DNA from: a bacterium
GTDB lineage: Bacteria > Eisenbacteria > RBG-16-71-46
Assembly (NCBI GenBank): GCA_043779265.1
Contig: JAYWEM010000005.1
Coordinates: 1 to 14,986 of the forward strand
Direction: 5' to 3'
DNA length: 14,986 nucleotides
Shown: in pieces, positions 1-6,679 of the stretch
Layout of the letters: the number at the start of each line of letters is the position of its first letter
How positions within the stretch are numbered: the stretch's first letter is position 1
Position numbers and translations under genes: made by a program
Notes under the pieces: generated by a model
Databases searched by the model: none
What the model saw: only the letters and a program-made list of their open reading frames with translations
Told to the model about the DNA's origin: nothing

Positions 1-1
1 A

Positions 2-82
2 CTCCGCACCGACGCGGCACTCATGCTGACGGTGAACACCATGAACTTCCTGCACACCAACCGGAATTGGATCGCGCTGTGA
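2..82 (+). CDS. 3' end of an upstream gene (partial), probably a putative zinc-binding metallopeptidase
   Basis: Frame 2 reads LRTDAALMLTVNTMNFLHTNRNWIAL* with TGA at 80-82, overlapping the GTG start of the next gene (GTGA). The C-terminus resembles, from recall, the ends of putative zinc-binding metallopeptidases found upstream of Ddl-like ATP-grasp genes. Only 26 codons are visible. Confidence 0.5.
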   Translation, partial: LRTDAALMLTVNTMNFLHTNRNWIAL

Positions 83-1095
83 AGAAGCTGCGCGTGCTCG
101 TGCTCGTCCATCCGACGTTGGTCCCGCCCGAGTCGCTCGTGGGTCAATCGAAGGACGACATCTTCCGCTGGAAGACCGAGTACAGCGTGGTGCAGACCCA
201 GCGCGCCATGGGGCATGAGGCGCGCCCGCTCGGAGTGCAATACGAGCTGCTGCCGATTCGCGAGATGGTGGACGAGTGGGACCCGCACATCGTGTTCAAT
301 CTGCTCGAGGAGTTCCACGGAATCAGCGAGTTCGACCAGCACGTCGTGAGCTATCTGGAGCTGCTGCAGATCCCACACAGCGGCTGCAACCCGCGCGGCC
401 TGACAATCGCCCGCGACAAAGCGCTCTCCAAGAAGATCGCCGCCTACCACCGCATCCACGCTCCGAGGTTCGCCACGTTCCCCAAGCGTCGGAAGGTCAG
501 GCGAACCTCCGAACTCACGTTCCCGCTCATCGTGAAGAGCCTGACGGAGGAGGCCTCGCTCGGAATTTCGCAGGCCTCGGTTGTCCACACCGACGACGAA
601 CTGACCGAACGCGTCGCGTTCGTCCATGAGCGGATCGGCAGCGACGCGATCGCCGAGCAGTTCATCGCCGGGCGCGAACTCTATGTCGGGGCTTATGGCA
701 ATGACCGTGTCACCGTGCTACCGGTGTGGGAGCTGCTGTTCGAGAATCTGGCCCCGGGTGCCGCCGCGATCGCGACCGAACGCGTGAAGCATGACGCCCG
801 CTATCAAGAGGAGCGGGGCATCTACCAGCAGCAGGCGGAGAACCTGAGCGACGCGCGAATCGACCGCATTCATCGGACGACACGCCGCCTCTACAAGCTG
901 CTGCATCTGAGCGGATACGCTCGGATCGACTATCGCCTGCGTGACGATGGCGCACTGTTCTTCCTCGAGGCCAATCCAAACCCCGAGATCGCTCCCGAGG
1001 AGGAGTTCGCCTCGGCCGCCGCCGCGACCGGGCTCGAGTACGAGGAGTTGCTCCAGAAGCTGCTCCATCTGGGGCTCCGGGCGGCGAGGGACTAG
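79..1095 (+). CDS. ATP-grasp ligase, D-alanine--D-alanine ligase-like family
   Basis: ATP-grasp motifs IARDKALSK, FPLIVKS..EEASLGIS, AEQFIAGRE, GYARIDYR and FFLEANPNP are present. Start placed at GTG 79 (MKKLRVLVL) because it overlaps the upstream stop. Confidence 0.88.
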   Translation: MKKLRVLVLVHPTLVPPESLVGQSKDDIFRWKTEYSVVQTQRAMGHEARPLGVQYELLPIREMVDEWDPHIVFNLLEEFHGISEFDQHVVSYLELLQIPHSGCNPRGLTIARDKALSKKIAAYHRIHAPRFATFPKRRKVRRTSELTFPLIVKSLTEEASLGISQASVVHTDDELTERVAFVHERIGSDAIAEQFIAGRELYVGAYGNDRVTVLPVWELLFENLAPGAAAIATERVKHDARYQEERGIYQQQAENLSDARIDRIHRTTRRLYKLLHLSGYARIDYRLRDDGALFFLEANPNPEIAPEEEFASAAAATGLEYEELLQKLLHLGLRAARD

Positions 1096-1126
1096 ACACC
1101 CGTATCGTCCGCGCGAACTTGTGAAT

Positions 1127-1182
1127 GTGCGATTGAGTGGTGCGATTGAGAGGTGCCCCGCGCACAGAGGTGCCCCGCGCAC
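1127..1182. repeat. Two adjacent short direct repeats in the intergenic region
   Basis: GTGCGATTGAG occurs at 1127-1137 and 1140-1150. AGAGGTGCCCCGCGCAC occurs as a perfect 17-bp tandem at 1149-1165 and 1166-1182. Confidence 0.9.
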
Positions 1183-1233
1183 TGGCCACCTTGCACGTCG
1201 CCGCCTATGCTCGGCGGACGGAGGGTCGAGCCC

Positions 1234-1647
1234 ATGGCATTCATCGCCCGCAAGGTCGAGTACTTCCACGCGAATCTCACTGGTGGCAGCGACAACGCGT
1301 ATGACAGCCTGACGCACATCGCCAGCCTCGGCGCGAATCTCCTGGCGCTGGTCACAGTCCCGATGGGTCCCGACTCGATCCAGTTCACGCTCTTCGCCGA
1401 GAACCCCCGTAAGCTCCAGAGCATCGCGCGCGATGCCAAGCTGGCGCTCGATGGCCCGCACGAGGCGGTTCTCGTGCAGGGCGCCGATGAACTGGGGGCC
1501 ATCGCTCGCGTGCACGTGCTGCTGCGCGAGGCGGGCGTCGATTGTTATGCCTCGAGTGGCGTCACCGATGGGCACGGCTACTTCGGCTACATCCTCTACG
1601 TGAGACCCGGCGATGCCGATCGCGCGACCAAGGCACTCGCCGGTTGA
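1234..1647 (+). CDS. ACT-domain-like (tandem ACT fold) protein, 137 aa
   Basis: ATG 1234 follows a GGAGG RBS. The protein MAFIARKVEYF...VLVQGADELGAIARVHVLLREAGVD...GYILYVRPGDADRATKAL shows a repeated beta-alpha-beta-beta-alpha pattern with a 'D.xG.hA.h...L..AGhD' ACT signature. Confidence 0.65.
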   Translation: MAFIARKVEYFHANLTGGSDNAYDSLTHIASLGANLLALVTVPMGPDSIQFTLFAENPRKLQSIARDAKLALDGPHEAVLVQGADELGAIARVHVLLREAGVDCYASSGVTDGHGYFGYILYVRPGDADRATKALAG

Positions 1648-2144
1648 ATCCCACGGGGATCGAGTCGGCCACGGGCTCGGAGCCCCTCGTCGCGTGGACG
1701 CTGCGCCGCGCCATCCTGATCGTGTTCTGCCTCGCCACGACGGGCGTATTCGTCGAACTCCTGCTGCTGGGGCACTTCGAGGATCTGGCGCAGTGGCTTC
1801 CGCTCGCCCTGCTGGCGCTCGGACTCGTCAACCTCGGCTGGTATGCGAGCGCCCGCAGCGCAGCGTCGCTTCGCGTCTTCCAGTTGCTCACTCTGCTGTT
1901 CGTGGCGAGCGGTGCACTGGGGCTCTATCTTCACTATCAAGGCAACGTCGAGTTCGAACTGGAGATGCACCCCGAGATGAAGGGCCTTCGGTTGATCTGG
2001 GGCGCCCTCACCGGCGCCACTCCAGCGCTGGCTCCCGGCACGATGATCCAGTTGGGGCTGCTCGGCTTCGCCTACACTTTCCAACACCCGCGCCTGCTCA
2101 GGGCGCCGCTGCCACCGATCACGCCCGAGGGGACCCCGCGATGA
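1644..2144 (+). CDS. Hypothetical integral membrane protein (about 4 TM helices)
   Basis: Four hydrophobic segments, with VELLLLGHFE, GLYLHYQGNVEFELEM and GATPALAPG motifs. The probable TTG start at 1644 overlaps the upstream TGA (TTGA), and the stop overlaps the next ATG (ATGA). Confidence 0.75.
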   Translation: MNPTGIESATGSEPLVAWTLRRAILIVFCLATTGVFVELLLLGHFEDLAQWLPLALLALGLVNLGWYASARSAASLRVFQLLTLLFVASGALGLYLHYQGNVEFELEMHPEMKGLRLIWGALTGATPALAPGTMIQLGLLGFAYTFQHPRLLRAPLPPITPEGTPR

Positions 2145-2791
2145 GCCGCCTTCCTGTTGTCGCCACCTCGTTCGCATTCGCTGCCACCTTGATGCTCGGG
2201 CTTGCCGCGCCCGCTGACGCCCAGGTCGGCAAGAGCCTCGGCATCGTGAACCCGAATGTCGCGAGCGACTCCGTGCTCCACTCACTTCCGCACGTGACGC
2301 CTGCGATCGCCAAGAGCCTCGTCGAGAAGCGGCCGTTCGCCCGGATGCGGGATGTGAACGTGGTCGTTCGTGCCTCGCTCGACTCGGCCAAGGCGGCCGC
2401 GCTCTATGGCCGAATGTTCCTGCCAATCGACCTGAACGACTTCGCCGACGAGGAGGTGCTGCTGATCCCGCGCGTGGGAAAGCGCATGCTGCATGAGTTC
2501 CATGAGTACCAGCCCTACGCGGCGCTGGCGCAGTGGCACCGCGAGATCGACAAGTACGTCGATGATGCCGAACTTGCGCGGCTCGAGCAGTACGTCTACG
2601 TGCGGCTCGATCTGAACACCGCGAGCGATGCCGATATCCTCACCATCCCCGGCGTCGGCAAGCGCATGCTGCATGAGTTCAAGGAGTATCGCCCCTGGGT
2701 GAGCCTGGCGCAGTTCCAGCGCGAGATCGGCAAGTACGTTGACAAGAAGGAACTCGCGCGACTTCAGCGTTACGTTCGCCTCGCCAAGTAA
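2141..2791 (+). CDS. Secreted helix-hairpin-helix repeat protein (ComEA/PsbU-like fold)
   Basis: ATG 2141 overlaps the upstream stop. Sec signal peptide ends ..AAPADA|Q. Three units (VNPNVAS..LPHV, IDLNDFA..IPRVGK, LDLNTAS..IPGVGK) match the ComEA-type 'hDhNtAs.eeL..hPGhG' HhH motif. Confidence 0.8.
   Translation: MSRLPVVATSFAFAATLMLGLAAPADAQVGKSLGIVNPNVASDSVLHSLPHVTPAIAKSLVEKRPFARMRDVNVVVRASLDSAKAAALYGRMFLPIDLNDFADEEVLLIPRVGKRMLHEFHEYQPYAALAQWHREIDKYVDDAELARLEQYVYVRLDLNTASDADILTIPGVGKRMLHEFKEYRPWVSLAQFQREIGKYVDKKELARLQRYVRLAK
2425..2784 (+). repeat. Intragenic tandem repeat with a 180-nt (60 aa) period
   Basis: AAGCGCATGCTGCATGAGTTC is identical at 2480-2500 and 2660-2680. CGCGAGATCG(A/G)CAAGTACGT is also repeated 180 nt apart. 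Boundaries are approximate. Confidence 0.85.
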
Positions 2792-2825
2792 TCCATTCGA
2801 TCCGCTCTCGGGCGTGGGAGACAGC

Positions 2826-3083
2826 ATGACCATCGAGATCCACTACTGCTCCACTTGAAGCCGGGCCCCAGCACGCGCGGCGAGTCTCGCCGCCCTGATG
2901 AAGGAACGACTCGGCACCGAGCCCGCCCTTCGCCCGACGCACAAGACCGGCCAGTTCGACGTAGTGGTCGACGGGAAGATCGTCGCCTCGAGGGGCGCGA
3001 TTCCGCTCACCCGTGTTCTGTTCGGAGCGGGCTTCCCGGATCCAGTCGCGCTGGTGGACGATCTCGCGAATCAGCGGGGGTGA
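2826..3083 (+). CDS. Rdx family (SelW/SelT/SelH-like) selenoprotein, 85 aa, with UGA at 2856-2858 read as selenocysteine
   Basis: GGGAG RBS at 2816-2820, ATG at 2826. Translation: MTIEIHYCST(U)SRAPARAASLAALMKERLGTEPALRPTHKTGQFDVVVDGKIVASR...GFPDP. It is in frame with the ORF-track ORF 2898..3083. It carries the Rdx 'I.I.YCxxU' and 'G.F(D/E)V.VDG..h.S(K/R)...GFP' motifs. Confidence 0.9.
2859..2897 (+). promoter_or_regulatory. Putative bacterial SECIS element
   Basis: Stem GCGGCG (2877-2882) pairs with CGCCGC (2888-2893) around loop AGUCU, with G in the second loop position followed by U. The loop starts 24 nt after the UGA, consistent with the bacterial SECIS model. Confidence 0.75.
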
Positions 3084-3119
3084 AGCGAGTTCTGGGTTCG
3101 AGGTGATCGGGAGATCCGC

Positions 3120-4373
3120 TTGATCGAGATGCCAGGGCAGTGCCTGTCCAGCGATGTGCTCGAACACGTCCGAAGCCGTTTCCCGGCGCTGACGACCGAC
3201 TGGGCGTTGTTCGACAATGTCGGCGGGAGCGTTCCGCTCGGTTCGGTGATCGATCGCGTCTCGGCCCACATGCGCGAGCATCCTGTGCAACTCGGTGCCA
3301 CCTATGCTTTGTCCGTGCGAGCGACGGCCGGTGTGGCCGAGGGTCATCGCTCCGCCGAACGACTGGTGAACGCCGAGCCGGGGGAGGTGCTGCTCGGCGC
3401 TTCGACCACGGCCAACCTGCGCCTGTTGGCGCGCGCGCTGCGGCCAAAGTTCGGGCGAGGCGACGAGATCGTCGTCACCGATCTCGATCACGAGTCCAAC
3501 ATCGGCCCGTGGCGGGCACTCGAGTCCGAGGGCCTGGTGATCCGCGAGTGGCGTTGCCACCCGGCCACCGGCGGGCTTCGGATGGAGGATCTCGAGCCCC
3601 TGCTGACGCCTCGCACTCGACTCGTGTGCTTCACGCATTGCGCCAATGTCGTCGGCACGCTCATCGATGCCGCCGCCATCATCCGCCGCGTTCACGAGGC
3701 CGGGGCGCTGGCCTGCGTCGATGGCGTCGCCTTCGCTCCGCATCGACTGGTCGATGTGAAGGCACTCGACGCCGACTTCTACGCCGTCTCGCTCTACAAG
3801 ACGTTCGGTCCGCACCTGGGCCTGCTCTACGGCAAGCGCGCGCTCTTGCGCGACACCACGTCCCAGAGTCACTACTTCGTGGGCGAGGATGACCTGCCCG
3901 GCAAGCTCGAACCCGGAAGTGTGCCCCATGAACTCGCCGCATCGCTTCCCGCGATCCTCGACTATCTGCTCGAGTTGGAGGTGCGGTCATCGGCGGCGGG
4001 GGAGGGCACTGAGCGCGAGCGGCTCTCGCGTGCGTTCGACCTGATCGCCGCGCATGAGGCGGCGCTCGTCTCGCCACTCCTTTCGTTCCTCGGTTCGCAT
4101 CCGCGCGTGCACGTGATCGGCGAGCCTGGCAGCAGTTCGGTCGTACGTGTGCCGACGGTCGCATTCACCGTGGAGGGTCGAGACTCCGCCGAACTCCCGA
4201 CCGCACTCGATCGCGACCGGGTCGCCATCCGCTTCGGTCACTTCTACGCGCGGCGCGCGATCGAGTCCATGGGCCTGCTCGATCGAAACGGCATCGTTCG
4301 CGTGAGCATGGCGCACTACAACACGCCAGCCGAGGTCGATAGGCTGATCGAGGCGCTCGAGCGCAATCTGTAG
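3120..4373 (+). CDS. Cysteine desulfurase-like class V PLP enzyme (VC1184-type subfamily, catalytic Cys absent)
   Basis: Motifs FDNVGGS, TDLDHESNIGPW, CVDGVAFAPH, PLP-lysine motif SLYKTFGPHLG, and VRVSMAHYNT..EVDRL. AIRFGHFYA stands where SufS has 'RxGHHCA'. Start is TTG 3120 (GGGAG at 3109-3113) or ATG 3129. Confidence 0.88.
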   Translation: MIEMPGQCLSSDVLEHVRSRFPALTTDWALFDNVGGSVPLGSVIDRVSAHMREHPVQLGATYALSVRATAGVAEGHRSAERLVNAEPGEVLLGASTTANLRLLARALRPKFGRGDEIVVTDLDHESNIGPWRALESEGLVIREWRCHPATGGLRMEDLEPLLTPRTRLVCFTHCANVVGTLIDAAAIIRRVHEAGALACVDGVAFAPHRLVDVKALDADFYAVSLYKTFGPHLGLLYGKRALLRDTTSQSHYFVGEDDLPGKLEPGSVPHELAASLPAILDYLLELEVRSSAAGEGTERERLSRAFDLIAAHEAALVSPLLSFLGSHPRVHVIGEPGSSSVVRVPTVAFTVEGRDSAELPTALDRDRVAIRFGHFYARRAIESMGLLDRNGIVRVSMAHYNTPAEVDRLIEALERNL

Positions 4374-4497
4374 AGCCTCATCGGGCGGCGGTTCATCGGC
4401 AATGCCATTCCGTGCTTTCCGCAACGCCGATCCGACCTTCCGGTGGCGCTCGACCCTCTTGCGGGGCAGATTCAGCGAATGCGCCCATGGGCGCTGC

Positions 4498-4513
4498 TGG
4501 CATGTCCCCTGCA
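4498..4513 (+). promoter_or_regulatory. Putative sigma54 (-24/-12) promoter
   Basis: TGGCATGTCCCCTGCA has exact GG-N10-GC spacing and is close to the TGGCACG-N4-TTGC(A/T) consensus. It lies about 70 nt upstream of ATG 4584. Confidence 0.5.
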
Positions 4514-4583
4514 CAGGCTGGGTGACATTCCAGCGGACGAATCGTCCGGCAACGCCCCATCCGACTCCCTAAGGGAGGGCTTC

Positions 4584-5084
4584 ATGGCCCGAAGCACACT
4601 TCTTGGAACCTCCGTTCTCGCGCTCGCGCTGGCCCTCGTGGCAGCCTCTCCGGTCCACTCCGAGACGACGTGGGGTGTGTCCCTCAACATCGGCAACGCG
4701 CCGCCGCCGCCTGTGATTCTGGTGAAGCAGGCGCCTCGGACGATGGTCGTTCCCGGAACGACCGTCTACGTGGTGAGCGATGACAGCTACGGTCACGATT
4801 GCTTCCGGTCCGGCGCCCATTGGTACGCGTGGAGTAATGGTTATTGGTACCGCGCGAGCGCGTGGCGCGGTCCGTTCACGGTCGTCGAGACGCGCAGCGT
4901 GCCGCGAGCGGTCCTGGAGATCCCGGCCAAGCACTGGAAGCGGCACCCGCATGGCGGCCCTCCTGGCCTAGCGAAGCGCGATCATGGGCATAAGCGTGAT
5001 GACGTCAGGCTCACGTCCCAGCCCACGACCGAGGTCATGGTCGTGACCGCCAAGCGTGGGAAGAAGAAGCAGCGCAAGGACTGA
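4584..5084 (+). CDS. Hypothetical secreted protein (Pro-rich linker, Trp/Tyr-rich core, basic His/Lys tail)
   Basis: AGGGAGG RBS then ATG 4584. Signal peptide MARSTLLGTSVLALALALVAASPVHS is followed by VSLNIGNAPPPPVI, WYAWSNGYWYR..WRGP and GGPPGLAKR. Confidence 0.75.
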   Translation: MARSTLLGTSVLALALALVAASPVHSETTWGVSLNIGNAPPPPVILVKQAPRTMVVPGTTVYVVSDDSYGHDCFRSGAHWYAWSNGYWYRASAWRGPFTVVETRSVPRAVLEIPAKHWKRHPHGGPPGLAKRDHGHKRDDVRLTSQPTTEVMVVTAKRGKKKQRKD

Positions 5085-5103
5085 TTCGACACTTCGCGGC
5101 CGC

Positions 5104-5814
5104 TCAGCCGCCAGCCAGCGCGAGTCTCGCCTCCAACGCCTCGATGCGCGCGCGTAGATCCACGATTTCGGCTCGCAGGGTATGAACCTCGGCGTCCGCA
5201 GCGCGTGGGCCAACACGAGCAGTCTCGGGTAAGGCATCCCCGCCACTCGAGACCGCGTGAACGACCTGACCACCCGCCGCCTGCGCGAGAACCTGCTCGC
5301 GTTCAGTGGCCGGGTAGAGCGCGTGGCTCACGATCTGGCCGCGCCCTGAGGGCGTCAGCTCGAGCATGAGCCCTCGCTCGACAAGTCGATCGATGATCAC
5401 CTTGAGCGCGTTCACGTCCTCGATCGGCTCCATGCGCGAAGCGCGCGCGCGGAGATCGCCCAGCGACTGGGCGCCGCGCAGCAGCAACTCGGCGAGCACG
5501 GCCAGCTCGGTCTTATCGACGCCCATCCACTCGTAGGCCAGATGCTTGTACTTGCAGACGCGGCCCAGCCAGTCGATCTCCTGCACCACACCCATCAAGC
5601 GCAGCTGATCGAGGGCCTGCTCGACGTCGGTGTCGTCATACTCGGAGAGTGGATCGCGATTGCTCTTCTGATTGCAGCCGGTGACGATCGCGTTGACTGA
5701 GATCGGATAGCCGGCCGGCGTGGTCTTGGCCTTCTCGATCATCACGCCGAGCACGCGGCGCTGCCTGACATCGAGCGGCTTCCAGCGTGGGGAGTCCGAT
5801 GCGGAACTGGACAT
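5104..5814 (-). CDS. yceH: YceH / DUF480 (UPF0502) family protein
   Basis: RVLGVMIEKAKTTPAGYPISVNAIVTGCNQKSNRDP and ELLLRGAQSLGDLRARASRM, with a C-terminal coiled coil. ATG at 5814 has a GGAGGT RBS (complement at 5821-5826). Confidence 0.9.
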   Translation of the reverse strand: MSSSASDSPRWKPLDVRQRRVLGVMIEKAKTTPAGYPISVNAIVTGCNQKSNRDPLSEYDDTDVEQALDQLRLMGVVQEIDWLGRVCKYKHLAYEWMGVDKTELAVLAELLLRGAQSLGDLRARASRMEPIEDVNALKVIIDRLVERGLMLELTPSGRGQIVSHALYPATEREQVLAQAAGGQVVHAVSSGGDALPETARVGPRAADAEVHTLRAEIVDLRARIEALEARLALAGG

Positions 5815-5982
5815 GGCGTGACCTCCGAGGAGCATGGGGCAGGCAGGGGCTCCTTCCGACCCAGTGGAGCACGCGCGAGCAGGCACGTCGAGGCGCAGCC
5901 GGGAGGCATCGCTCCCCGCATCGGTTATGGTAGAAGCCGTATATCCGCACCCCATGCACGTCTCCGAAAGTGAGATACGCCG

Positions 5983-6672
5983 ATGAATGGACTCACCCGC
6001 GCACTTGCGCACGTCGCCGCGATAGCCGCGCTCGCCCTGGCCAGCCCCTCGACCGCCGCGGAAGCAGACGACAAGCAGGCACAGAAGCTCGAAGAGGCAG
6101 CGCTGGTCTATCGCGAGTTGCTCTCGACGCCCGACCGAGGCGTCCCCGAGGCGCTACTCGAGAGCTGCCGGTGCATCGCCGTTCTGCCTCGCGTGATCAA
6201 AGGCGCAGTGGTCTACGGGGGCCGCGCCGGGACCGGCGTCATGAGCTGCCGCGATTCCGCCGGCTCATGGAGCCCACCCAGCTTCGTGCGCATGGCGGGA
6301 GGGAGCTGGGGGCTTCAGATGGGCGCCGAGTCCAGCGACCTGGTGCTGTTCTTCATGAACGAGGCCAGCGCGCGCTCGGTGGTGACCAGCAGCAAGCTGA
6401 CGCTGGGCGGCAAGGCGGGAGTGGCGGCTGGCCCCTTCGGCCGGACCGGTGAGGCGAGCACCGACCTCAAGCTGAGTGCCGAGATCTACACCTACGCCAA
6501 GTCCAAGGGGCTCTTCGCAGGCCTATCGCTCGAAGGCGCCCGCCTCTCCGCCGATGAGAAAGCGAACACCGCGTTCTACGGCGAGATGGTCAGTGTGCCG
6601 AGGCTGCTGTTCGAGCATCGCGCGCCCAAGGTGCCGGGAGCGGCTGTGGCGTTCTTGAAGACGCTGCCGTAG
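5983..6672 (+). CDS. Secreted lipid-binding SYLF (Ysc84 / DUF500) domain protein
   Basis: Signal peptide, then CIAVLPRVIKGAVVYGGRAGTGVMSCR..WSPP, GGSWGLQMGAESSDLVL, GVAAGPFGR, IYTYAKSKGLFAGLSLEG and N..FYG. Confidence 0.92.
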   Translation: MNGLTRALAHVAAIAALALASPSTAAEADDKQAQKLEEAALVYRELLSTPDRGVPEALLESCRCIAVLPRVIKGAVVYGGRAGTGVMSCRDSAGSWSPPSFVRMAGGSWGLQMGAESSDLVLFFMNEASARSVVTSSKLTLGGKAGVAAGPFGRTGEASTDLKLSAEIYTYAKSKGLFAGLSLEGARLSADEKANTAFYGEMVSVPRLLFEHRAPKVPGAAVAFLKTLP

Positions 6673-6679
6673 GGCGGCG

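Noticed and set aside
79..1095. Assigning the gene symbol ddl
   Set aside because: The Ddl-specific substrate-binding motifs are missing. Only the generic ATP-grasp core is supported.
1149..1182. 17-bp repeats as a mini CRISPR array or an insertion target-site duplication
   Set aside because: The copies are directly adjacent with no spacer or inserted element, and no cas or transposase genes are present.
1613..2140. N-terminal 176-aa extension of the 392-aa ORF 1613..2791
   Set aside because: It is Arg/Pro-rich off-frame sequence overlapping the membrane protein gene. The signal peptide begins at ATG 2141.
2679..3929. 416-aa minus-strand ORF and similar overlapping ORFs (718..1575, 1596..2426, 7758..8540, 9023..9739)
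   Set aside because: They are antisense or alternate-frame ORFs overlapping well-supported genes, as expected at high GC, with no recognisable domains.
3120..4373. Assigning sufS/csdA/iscS
   Set aside because: The catalytic Cys motif is replaced by GHFYA, and there are no suf/isc neighbours.
5815..5982. Short hairpins in the yceH/SYLF divergent spacer (GGGAG..CTCCC; GTCTC-CGAAAG-TGAGAT) as a riboswitch or ncRNA
   Set aside because: The stems are only about 5 bp and I recognise no riboswitch consensus. An Rfam/Infernal scan would be needed to support a call.
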